From contig OZ251518.1 of assembly GCA_965242965.1 (NCBI GenBank), forward strand, positions 384,001 to 448,000: a DNA stretch of 64,000 nucleotides. The letters run 5' to 3'. Below are positions 1-8,353 of the stretch, piece after piece. Both the position numbers and the translations under genes were made by a program. The notes under the pieces are model-generated. The model saw nothing but the letters and a program-made list of their open reading frames with translations. It did no database searches and was not told where the DNA came from. How positions within the stretch are numbered: position 1 is the first letter of the stretch; each line of letters begins with the position of its first letter. Source of the DNA: Candidatus Poribacteria bacterium (GTDB taxonomy: Bacteria > Poribacteria > WGA-4E > WGA-3G).

Positions 1-103
1 AGCGGTTGTCATGAAAATTTCTCCTTCGGGACCTGCAGGTCCCGTTGATAAAAAATGTGCGGGTAGGCGCGCGTGGAAAGCGCGCCCACGGGCTGAATCA
101 GTT

Positions 104-1243
104 CTACCAGTTGGTATAGGCACCGTCGTCACGGTGATAGCCAGTCGGCGGGCCATATTCTTGGGTTGAGACGTTCGTGATCGCGTCTTCGTTGAATTCA
201 ATGCCGAGCCCCGGTGCTTCGGGCGGCAAGAGATGTCCCGATTCAAACGGCACTTGCACCGGAAATACATCGGTGAGATCGGACATCGGTGCGCGCGGCA
301 ATTCTTGCACGCCGACGAGTGAAGAGGACAGACAGAGATGCAGACACGCCGCTGCGGATACTGGCCCCAACGGGTTGTGCGGTGCGAGGTGGATGTAGTG
401 CGTTTCACACCAGCCTGCAACTTTCTTCGCTTCTGTTAACCCGCCGACGATGCACACGTCAACGCGGCAGTAATCGAGCAGTTCTTCCTCGATTACCTCT
501 CGGAATGCCCACTTGCTGTCGAATTGTTCACCGATGGCGAGTGGCACCGAGGTTTGCTGTCGTATGCGCCGGAGACTAGCGGGGTTTTCGCTGCGAAGCG
601 GGTCCTCGATGAAAAACGGGTGGTAAGTTTCCACCTTATTGCAGAATTCGAGACTATCCACCGGATCGAGGCGGGTATGCACATCGATAAGGATTTCCAC
701 ATCGTCTCCGAGTGCTTGCCGCACGGCTTGCGCCTGCGCGAGTCCGTGTTGCACGGCGCGTCGCGGTTCAAAGTTGCCGGCGGCACCGGTATCATCGGCG
801 AGTCCCCATCGGACGAATTTCCAGCCGGCGGCGTGGGTTTGGCGGCAGTTTTCGACGAGTGCGTCAATTGAGCCGCCGCCGTTGTGCGGATAGCAGGCGA
901 CTTTATCGCGTGTGCGCCCGCCGAGAAGTTCATAGACAGGGACGTTCAGGGCTTTGCCTTTGATGTCCCAAAGGGCAATATCGACGGCACTGACAGCGGC
1001 GGATTGAACGACACCGCCGGGGAAGAAGCCGCCTCGGAACATCACCTGCCACAGGTGCTCAATCCGAAACGGATCTGCGCCGATGAGGAACGGTTCAAAC
1101 GAGCGGACAACTTCTGCGAGGGCGAGTGAGCGTCGTCTTAAGCCGCCTTCGCCGACTCCGTAAATGCCGGCATCCGTTTCGACTTTGACGAAGAAATGTC
1201 CGGATGCCGAGACAAAGGATTTGACGTTGGTAATTTTCATCAA
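104..1243 (-). CDS. Mandelate racemase/enolase-superfamily dehydratase (galactonate dehydratase-like)
   Basis: ORF has GxGEG N-terminus, SAVDIALWDIKGK, metal ligands IDVH/FIEDP/GEQ and PHNPLGP; GGAGG RBS upstream. Confidence 0.85.
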   Translation of the reverse strand: MMKITNVKSFVSASGHFFVKVETDAGIYGVGEGGLRRRSLALAEVVRSFEPFLIGADPFRIEHLWQVMFRGGFFPGGVVQSAAVSAVDIALWDIKGKALNVPVYELLGGRTRDKVACYPHNGGGSIDALVENCRQTHAAGWKFVRWGLADDTGAAGNFEPRRAVQHGLAQAQAVRQALGDDVEILIDVHTRLDPVDSLEFCNKVETYHPFFIEDPLRSENPASLRRIRQQTSVPLAIGEQFDSKWAFREVIEEELLDYCRVDVCIVGGLTEAKKVAGWCETHYIHLAPHNPLGPVSAAACLHLCLSSSLVGVQELPRAPMSDLTDVFPVQVPFESGHLLPPEAPGLGIEFNEDAITNVSTQEYGPPTGYHRDDGAYTNW

Positions 1244-1261
1244 TTTTCCTCCTTAGTTAAT

Positions 1262-1511
1262 CAGTGTGTTTCATAAATCGTTCAACGGCGCGGGGATAGG
1301 CTCCCGCGCTACGATAAAAAACGCCATCCCTCACCGTAGGGCGAGGGCCTGTCCCTCGCCATGCGTTTTGCTGTCAGACCGCCTCACCCCTGTAGGTCAG
1401 GATCGCCTGATCCTGACCTGTTTGTGATTAGGCGATCACAAACTACAGAGGTGGGCCCGATGCGCGCCTCCAAGGGAGATAACTACCGAAACGGAGTTAG
1501 GAAACACCCCC
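1262..1511. mobile_element. TIR-bounded REP-mosaic MITE-like element, copy 1 (250 bp)
   Basis: Ends CAGTGTGTTTCATAA / TTAGGAAACACCCCC (2 mismatches each to consensus); AGTTAAT duplicated at 1255-1261 and 1512-1518; internal GTAG hairpins. Confidence 0.75.
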
Positions 1512-1513
1512 AG

Positions 1514-2242
1514 TTAATCAGTATGTGCGAATTGCGGTGCCGTTTCCAATTCCGATGCTTTGGTTTGCGTGTTGACATCTTCACATCCCGGTGGTTGTGC
1601 GCCGCGTATCCAGGGTTTCGGGCGTTTTTCCCATGGCAGTTTCGTGAAGCCGAGCCATCGGCAGAGGCGCGGGATATGTCCAGGGCGCGCAATACGGAGA
1701 TGCTCAATCTCCGGCACGATGATAGGCACTACTTCCCAGCGTCCATCGGGATAGGCGGCATTTTCCCGGTGTCGCGCGATGGGGTTAGGTTTCGGTATGT
1801 CGGTGTTTTTGAGCACCAAGGTTTCTATGTGTCGTTCGATGGCGAGTGCTGCTTTTGCATGGACTTCCATTGCGGTTTTGCCGTGTGCGGTGCAGCCGGG
1901 CAAATCTGGAACGCTGAGCCGGTAATGCCTCCGCCGTTTGCGGGTTATCAAGACCGGATAGTGGCGTAGTTCGGGCATCGTTATCGTCACGGTGTCCCAC
2001 TGCAGTGCATCGGCATATCCCGGGTCGTTCTGATGGTAGGCGATGTCCTGGGGTTCAGGAATCGGATCATCTTCAAGCATCATGCTTTCAAGATGTCCTT
2101 CGATTGCTTCCACGGCGCGCGTCAGCACCTGCTCTACGGTGTCTGCTGCAGTAATGCACCCTGGCAAATCGGGGACGACGATGCCGTAGATGCTGCCCGG
2201 GTCTTTGAAAATCGCAACAGGATATTGCATAAAAGTTTTCAT
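1514..2242 (-). CDS. hicB: HicB-family antitoxin with two tandem HicB-like domains (copy 1)
   Basis: Two YPVxI...VPDLPGC...A.EAI/LAIE.H repeats; lies directly downstream of hicA. Confidence 0.8.
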   Translation of the reverse strand: MKTFMQYPVAIFKDPGSIYGIVVPDLPGCITAADTVEQVLTRAVEAIEGHLESMMLEDDPIPEPQDIAYHQNDPGYADALQWDTVTITMPELRHYPVLITRKRRRHYRLSVPDLPGCTAHGKTAMEVHAKAALAIERHIETLVLKNTDIPKPNPIARHRENAAYPDGRWEVVPIIVPEIEHLRIARPGHIPRLCRWLGFTKLPWEKRPKPWIRGAQPPGCEDVNTQTKASELETAPQFAHTD

Positions 2243-2311
2243 ATCTCCAACTCCGAGTTTCTAATTTCTTGTCTTAAGGTAGACAGTTTGGTAGAGACCT
2301 CATCAGTTGTT

Positions 2312-2542
2312 TTAGTTCCACTTCCATCCGGCTTGTTCATAGATACTTCGCACCGTCCCGATCGGTATGTCTTTGTTTGGATGTGGAACAGATACCGTGC
2401 CTGACTTGTCGGTGTGCCTGAATTGATGGTGAGATCCTTTGATGCGATGTAGGAACCATCCTTCGCTTTCAAGCTGCTTTATCATGCGTCGCGAGTCTCG
2501 GAGACGTTTCCAACTGGGCCGCTTCGATTTGCGATGTTTCAT
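2312..2542 (-). CDS. hicA: HicA-family mRNA interferase toxin (copy 1)
   Basis: GW...KGSHHQFRH...VPHPNKDIPIGTVRSI..QAG is the HicA/YcfA signature. Confidence 0.85.
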   Translation of the reverse strand: MKHRKSKRPSWKRLRDSRRMIKQLESEGWFLHRIKGSHHQFRHTDKSGTVSVPHPNKDIPIGTVRSIYEQAGWKWN

Positions 2543-2554
2543 CTGTCCCCGGCG

Positions 2555-3268
2555 TTAAGCCTTGGCGTGTTCCGGTAGCATCCCTTCGTTTTCGGCGGTG
2601 CTGTCGGTTTCCGGTGGTTGTGCGCCGCGTATCCAGGGTTTCGGGCGTTTCTCCCATGGCAGTTTCGTGAACCCGAGCCATCGACAGAGGCGCGGGATAC
2701 GGCCAGGGCGCGCAATACGGAGATGCTCGATCTCCGGCACGATGATAGGCACCACTTCCCAATGTCCATCGGGACATGCAGCATTTCCTCGGTGTTGCGC
2801 GATGGGGTTGGGTTTCGGTATGTCCCTATTTTTGAGTATTCGTGCTTCCATGTGTCGTTCAATGGCGAGTGCTGCTTTTGCATGGACTTCCATTGCGGTT
2901 TTGCCACGCGCGGTACAGTCGGGCAAATCTGGGACGCTGAGCCGATAGTGCTTCCGCCGTTTGCGGGTTATCAAGACAGGATAGTGGCGCAGTTCTGGAA
3001 ACGCTACCGTTACCTCCTCCCACTGCCCCCCAGCATATTCTGGATATGCCGGATTGTTCTGATGGTAGGCGATGTCCTTAGGTTCGGGAATCGCATCTCC
3101 ATCAATTAACATGCCGCCGAGATGACATTTAATCGCTTCCACGGCCTGGGTCAGAACGTCCTCGACTGTATCGCCCCAGGTATAACACCCAGGTAAGTCT
3201 GGAACAATTACGCCGTAGTCGCTATCCGGGTCTTTGTGGATGACAATCGGATACCTAAAGATTTTCAT
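2555..3268 (-). CDS. hicB: HicB-family antitoxin with two tandem HicB-like domains (copy 2)
   Basis: Paralog of 1514-2242; YPIVIHKDPDSDYGVIVPDLPGCYTWGDT motif. Confidence 0.8.
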   Translation of the reverse strand: MKIFRYPIVIHKDPDSDYGVIVPDLPGCYTWGDTVEDVLTQAVEAIKCHLGGMLIDGDAIPEPKDIAYHQNNPAYPEYAGGQWEEVTVAFPELRHYPVLITRKRRKHYRLSVPDLPDCTARGKTAMEVHAKAALAIERHMEARILKNRDIPKPNPIAQHRGNAACPDGHWEVVPIIVPEIEHLRIARPGRIPRLCRWLGFTKLPWEKRPKPWIRGAQPPETDSTAENEGMLPEHAKA

Positions 3269-3305
3269 AATTCTAACTCCTGTTCCTACTTGGCATTTAA
3301 TGGCT

Positions 3306-3536
3306 TTAGTTCCACTCCCAGCCGGTCTGCCGATAGATATTCCGCAATGTGCTTATTGGGATATCTTTGTTTGGATGCGGCACCGAAGCTTTGCCCGGTT
3401 TGTCGGGATGTCTGAATTGATAGTGATCTCCGTTGGTTTGGACCCAGAACCATCCTTCGCTTTTAAGTTGTTTTATCATGCGCCTTGAGTCGCGGAGGCG
3501 TTTCCAACTGGGCCGCTTCGATTTGCGATGTTTCAT
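3306..3536 (-). CDS. hicA: HicA-family toxin (copy 2)
   Basis: NGDHYQFRHPDKPG..VPHPNKDIP; paralog of 2312-2542. Confidence 0.85.
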   Translation of the reverse strand: MKHRKSKRPSWKRLRDSRRMIKQLKSEGWFWVQTNGDHYQFRHPDKPGKASVPHPNKDIPISTLRNIYRQTGWEWN

Positions 3537-3548
3537 CTGTCCCCGGCG

Positions 3549-4247
3549 TTAAGCCTTGACGTGTTCCGGTAGCATCGCTTCGTTTTCGGCGGTGCTGTCG
3601 GTTTCCGGTGGTTGTGCGCCGCGTATCCAGGGTTTTGGGCGTTTTTCCCATGGCAGTTTCGTGAACCCGAGCCATCGGCAGAGGCGCGGGATACGCCCGG
3701 GACGCGCGATACGGAGATGCTCAATCTCCGGCACGATGATAGGCACCACTTCCCAATGTCCATCGGAATAGGCGGGATTTCCCCGGTGTTGCGCGATGGG
3801 TTTGGGTTTCGGTATGTCGGTGTTTTTGAGCACCAAGGCTTCCATGTGTCGTTCAATGGCGAGTGCTGCTTTTGCATGGACTTCCGTTGCGGTTTTGCCG
3901 TGCGCGGTGCAGCCGGGCAAGTCCGGGACGCTGAGTTGATAGTGCTTCCGCCGTTTGCGGGTTATCAAGACCGGATAGTGGCGCAGTTCGGGTAAGGTTA
4001 TGGTAACCCAATCCCACCGTTGGAAGTCGGCATAGTGCGGATTGTTTTGATGAGCGGCGATGTCCTGGGGTTCAGGAATCAGGTCTCCATCAATCAACAT
4101 GCCGCCGAGATGACATTTGATGGCTTCCACGGCTTGGATAAGCACTTCCTCAACGGTATCCGCTGCGGTAATGCATCCGGGTAAGTCCGGAACGAGGATG
4201 CAGTAATCACTATCCGGGTCTTTGTCAATCACGACAGGGTAACGCAT
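3549..4247 (-). CDS. hicB: HicB-family antitoxin with two tandem HicB-like domains (copy 3)
   Basis: MRYPVVIDKDPDSDYCILVPDLPGC; GGAGG RBS. Confidence 0.8.
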   Translation of the reverse strand: MRYPVVIDKDPDSDYCILVPDLPGCITAADTVEEVLIQAVEAIKCHLGGMLIDGDLIPEPQDIAAHQNNPHYADFQRWDWVTITLPELRHYPVLITRKRRKHYQLSVPDLPGCTAHGKTATEVHAKAALAIERHMEALVLKNTDIPKPKPIAQHRGNPAYSDGHWEVVPIIVPEIEHLRIARPGRIPRLCRWLGFTKLPWEKRPKPWIRGAQPPETDSTAENEAMLPEHVKA

Positions 4248-4317
4248 GAAACTTTCCTCCCTCTAATCATCTGTCTTGGTGTGGCCAACTTGGCATAAAG
4301 ATGCCATCAATTGTGAT

Positions 4318-4548
4318 TCAATTCCACTCCCAGCCGGCCTGTCTATAGATGCTCCGCACCGCCGTTATTGACAAGTCTTTTTTAGGGTGCTGAACAGAGA
4401 CTTTGCCCGGTTTGTCGGGGTGTTTGAATTGGTAGTGATCTCCGTTGGTTTGGGCCCAGAGCCATCCTTCGCTTTTGAGTTGCTTTATCATGCGCCTTGA
4501 GTCGCGGAGGCGTTTCCAACTGGGCCGCTTCGATTTGCGATGTTTCAT
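4318..4548 (-). CDS. hicA: HicA-family toxin (copy 3)
   Basis: NGDHYQFKHPDKPGKVSVQHPKKDL; paralog. Confidence 0.85.
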   Translation of the reverse strand: MKHRKSKRPSWKRLRDSRRMIKQLKSEGWLWAQTNGDHYQFKHPDKPGKVSVQHPKKDLSITAVRSIYRQAGWEWN

Positions 4549-4566
4549 CTGTCAAAATGTTCGCGC

Positions 4567-5373
4567 CTACCCCGTCTCCAGCGTTGGAACGTTGTCCTGA
4601 CAGTAAACCGGTCGGAAAAGCGTCTGGCGTTTGAACGGCATCTCAGCGAGGTGCTGCGGGTGCGGTTCCCACTTGTGCCACTTGTTACCGACGGTATTGT
4701 AGCAGTGGAAAATCGCGACGCGGTCTGCCATCTCATCTGTCCATCTCGCGCCAGTGTGCGTAATGGCTTCCGTGAAGACTAGCATGGAGCCTGCTGGGCA
4801 CGTGTAGTCCTCCCACAGCGGCGAATCGCGGTTTTCTGTCGATTTGGGTGCGGGGAACGCGCCTTTGTGGCTGCCCGTAAGGAACATCGTGCCGCCGCGG
4901 CCTTTTTCGACAGGGTTCAGTTCCCAAACGACCCGAGTTAAGCCGCTGTGCGCCTTGTCATGGTGCAGATGATACGTATGCGAATTGCCGGGAAAGTTGA
5001 GCATCCCGCGGCCGCCGTGCGGCCGGAAGTTATCATGTCCGTTTTCCCGAATCGTGAGAAACGTTCCTTCCAACCGAAACCCGTAGCAATTTTCATTGGC
5101 ATACCCGGATGTCAAAAACTCATTCATGAACCCGAGGACAACGGGATGATCGATGAGCGTTTCCAAAGGCCCGCCGATTGGAGAACGATGGTGTTCTGGA
5201 ATCGCTTGTGGTTCTCGCTTGAGTTGATAACAGAATTCGCGCATTTCCTCGATTTCTGTTTCGCTCAGCACCGCCGGCATCAGGAGCCAGCCGCGGGTAT
5301 CAAAGAGATACCGTTGCTCCTCTGAAAGCGGCATCGGAGGTAGATTGTCTGCGTTCGTCGTCGGATGTGGCAT
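4567..5373 (-). CDS. Phytanoyl-CoA dioxygenase (PhyH) family protein
   Basis: LSEEQRYLFDTRGWL N-terminus, GTMFLTGSHK, FTEAITH; ATG 5373 chosen because of an AAGGTG RBS. Confidence 0.75.
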   Translation of the reverse strand: MPHPTTNADNLPPMPLSEEQRYLFDTRGWLLMPAVLSETEIEEMREFCYQLKREPQAIPEHHRSPIGGPLETLIDHPVVLGFMNEFLTSGYANENCYGFRLEGTFLTIRENGHDNFRPHGGRGMLNFPGNSHTYHLHHDKAHSGLTRVVWELNPVEKGRGGTMFLTGSHKGAFPAPKSTENRDSPLWEDYTCPAGSMLVFTEAITHTGARWTDEMADRVAIFHCYNTVGNKWHKWEPHPQHLAEMPFKRQTLFRPVYCQDNVPTLETG

Positions 5374-5422
5374 CAGTTTCACCTTCTATTTTTTCTCAAA
5401 GATGCGCGTTCTGAAAGCGCGC

Positions 5423-6586
5423 CTACCCGGCATTGTCCAACCGTTCCGTTTCTTTCGCTAACCATGTGCCATAATCGCGGGGCATTTCTGGCATGTCGCC
5501 CAATCCAACTTCGGCGCGCCACTGCAATAAGGGATGCTCCCGATTTTTCTGGGGCAACTCCACACGGGTGCCACGGACAGCGGACTCGAAAATGCCCATG
5601 AGCACCTCAAGCACGTGTCGTCCTTCTTCCCCGCTGCATTCATGTTCGCGGTTTTCGTCAAGGGAGTTGACGTATTCCTCAACGATGCCATAGTCGTCGG
5701 CATCCGCGCCTTTGCTAGCATCAAAGTGCGGGGGATAGATAGGTGCGAGTTTTTCCCATCTGTCATGCGTTCCGTCCGGCACAAAATGCGGCGTTGGCAG
5801 CCACCACGCGCCTCGCAATTCTGACCAGAAGAGTCGCCCCTCGGTGCCGTAGAGTTCCATCGCATAGGCATCGCTATCCACCTTTGGGCACCGGTGTTGG
5901 AGCAGCGTACCGGTAACATGTCCATCGAATTGAAGTGTGGCGGTGACGTATTCGCCCGCGATGATGCCCATCCCACTCGGCGAAGGGAGAACATCGTTTG
6001 GCGTGATGGCACGTCCCCCGGTAGTCGCCTGCGTCACGACGCTCCGGCAATGCCCGCCGAAACGGAGCATGTTGTTGATGACATGCGTCCCGATGTTCAT
6101 GAGTCCATAGCCTGCGTAATACCCCTTGCCGCTGGCGTAAATGTATCGGAGTTCGCCGATTTTGCCTTCGTTGAGGACTTTGGCGACAGCCTGCATCGTC
6201 GGGCTAACACGCCGCTGATGATGCACGACGACGCGCGCGTTTTTCTCCTTCGCTTTCGCCAGCACTGCATCGGCTTGAACCAGATCGATGCAGATGGGTT
6301 TTTCTACCTCAATGTTCACGCCGTGTTCCAGCACGCGCATGGCGAGCGGGTAGTGCGCGTCTGTTGCTGTCGGAATAGCGACGATGTCGGGTGAAGTCTG
6401 CCGGATCATCTCATCTAAATCGGTGAACTGCGCGGAGACGTTTACGATGTCGCCGAGTGCGTCTAACCGTTCTTGCACCAGATCACAGAGTGCGACGATT
6501 TCTGTGCGTGGGTGCGCGTGGTATGCTTTCGCGGCTGATGTGCCGCGGCTGCGGCAGCCTAAAATGGCAACGCGATAGGTTTTCAT
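5423..6586 (-). CDS. Gfo/Idh/MocA family oxidoreductase
   Basis: Rossmann start RVAILGC, ALCD, EVEKPI, GTH motifs. Confidence 0.85.
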   Translation of the reverse strand: MKTYRVAILGCRSRGTSAAKAYHAHPRTEIVALCDLVQERLDALGDIVNVSAQFTDLDEMIRQTSPDIVAIPTATDAHYPLAMRVLEHGVNIEVEKPICIDLVQADAVLAKAKEKNARVVVHHQRRVSPTMQAVAKVLNEGKIGELRYIYASGKGYYAGYGLMNIGTHVINNMLRFGGHCRSVVTQATTGGRAITPNDVLPSPSGMGIIAGEYVTATLQFDGHVTGTLLQHRCPKVDSDAYAMELYGTEGRLFWSELRGAWWLPTPHFVPDGTHDRWEKLAPIYPPHFDASKGADADDYGIVEEYVNSLDENREHECSGEEGRHVLEVLMGIFESAVRGTRVELPQKNREHPLLQWRAEVGLGDMPEMPRDYGTWLAKETERLDNAG

Positions 6587-6725
6587 GATTTTTCTCCTCT
6601 GTTTTGTGTTATTTTAACGTCTTTTGGATTTTAATGTCAAGTTTTTTTGGTGATAAGGCCATTTTTGGGGAGGCGGCGGTTTTGCAGGGTTCCGATGTTT
6701 CAGGAGTGTCAAGGACGGGAGGTAT

Positions 6726-6970
6726 TGCATTGAGACCAGGAGGTCTCTTCCCTACCGGAAGGCATCGGGCCCATCTCTGTAGTTCGGGATCGCCTGATCC
6801 CGAACGGTTCAGGATCGGGCGATCCTGACCTACAGAGGTGAGGCGGTCTGACTCCAAAACGCATGGCGAGGGACAGGCCCTCGCCCTACGGTGAAGGGGG
6901 GGGCTTTCTGCCGCCGCGGCCCCGGTAGGCGCGCCGCCCTATTGCATCGAGACCGGAAGGTCTCGCCTAC
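6726..6970. repeat. REP-like hairpin mosaic without TIRs
   Basis: Contains GAGACC(A/G)GGAGGTCTC..CTAC, GTAGTTCGGGATCGCCTGATCCCGAAC doublet and GGCGAGGGACAGGCCCTCGCCCTAC modules. Confidence 0.85.
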
Positions 6971-7004
6971 TGAGGCGGATATAAGCGCGAATTCGTTTCA
7001 TGGT

Positions 7005-7742
7005 TTACCGCCTTTGTAAACCTAAGAATTCGTAGGGGTCGATGCCCCCTTCTTCAAAAGGAACAATTTTTATGTCCGAGGGAATATCAGCCTCGGTAAA
7101 ATCGTCTCCTTTTGCTTCTTGAATGGCTTCGATACGATTGCAAGCCGCCGGATCGCCTATCATTGTACCGATATATCTAACGATGCCAGGCGGTCCGAGA
7201 TATTCCTCCCATTTGATATGGACGGTGCCTGGGATCATCGGATATACCAAACCGTTATCCATCACGGAGCCCCTGACATCTATTCCTTGATGTGCGAGTT
7301 TTATCTCGACGCGCATCATTAATTCATGCGTCGCAGATTGGCGCGGCCAGATATCGGCTGGCCACCCTGCCGGCAACGGCGGATAGGGCCCGAAGCCGTA
7401 AGGCGACACAGGAACAGCCTCTGACTCCGCCAAGGGAAGTTCGGCATCCGAGTTAGGAGTGCCCTCTGTCTCTTCGGCTTGTTCCGTGGCCGCCGGTGCC
7501 ACGTTGAGGGTGTCGGCGGGTTGCGAGAGGCGTTCAACAAGCTGTGGGTTTTTGATGACCTGAGGGGTGACAATAGGTGCGCTGGGATGCGTTAGATTCC
7601 GTTCTTCTTGTAACTGCTTGAAGGCTTTGTCTTCCGCAGCGAGTTTTTTCATCTCGTGGTGGTACCAGAGCGTGAAGCCGCCAGCAATCACGCAGAAGAG
7701 GAGGAGCGCGCCGAGGAGCACCCGGACATCATGGGTTCTCAT
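7005..7742 (-). CDS. Hypothetical protein with N-terminal membrane anchor
   Basis: 245-aa ORF with hydrophobic residues 7-26 followed by an acidic, Pro-rich linker. Confidence 0.65.
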   Translation of the reverse strand: MRTHDVRVLLGALLLFCVIAGGFTLWYHHEMKKLAAEDKAFKQLQEERNLTHPSAPIVTPQVIKNPQLVERLSQPADTLNVAPAATEQAEETEGTPNSDAELPLAESEAVPVSPYGFGPYPPLPAGWPADIWPRQSATHELMMRVEIKLAHQGIDVRGSVMDNGLVYPMIPGTVHIKWEEYLGPPGIVRYIGTMIGDPAACNRIEAIQEAKGDDFTEADIPSDIKIVPFEEGGIDPYEFLGLQRR

Positions 7743-7806
7743 GTTGAGGGCCTCGTCGGTTGTGAGGTTACCTTTTTAAAAGGAGAACCTCAGGCTGAAT
7801 TTAAAT

Positions 7807-8290
7807 GAGGGGGTTTCATAAATCGATGCACACCCGTAGGAGAGACCTCCTGGTCTTGATGTTCCCGTAGCGCGGGGGCCTGTCCCCCGCGAGCGTTGGA
7901 TTGCACCGACGATGGCGAGGGACAGGCCCTCGCCCTACGGTGAGGGAGGGGCGTTTTTTTCGTAGCGCGGGGGCCTGTCCCCCGCGATCTCCATCGTCAC
8001 GATGTGTGTTTCCCCCTCTGTAGTTCGGGATCGCCTGATCCCGAACGGGTCAGGATCAGGCGATCCTGACCTACAGAGGGGATGCGGTCTGACTCCAAAA
8101 CGCATGGCGAGGGACAAGTTTTCCCACCGCCCCACGGCGAAAGGGACCGTTTTTTACCGTAGCGCGGGGGCCTGTCCCCCGCGATCGTTGCATGGCGAGG
8201 GACAGGCCCTCGCCCTACGGTGAGGGGAGGGTTTTTGTCGTAGCGCGGGGGCCGGAGGCAATCGAGACCAGGAGGTCTCTCCTACCGGGG
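7807..8290. repeat. REP mosaic with left TIR only
   Basis: GAGGGGGTTTCATAA at 7807 followed by about 10 GTAG/CTAC hairpins; no right TIR seen. Confidence 0.8.
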
Positions 8291-8353
8291 AGTGCCGCTG
8301 CGTTCAAATTCATCGTTTATTTATCACGCGTCCGCCGCGGGTAATCGCGGCAT

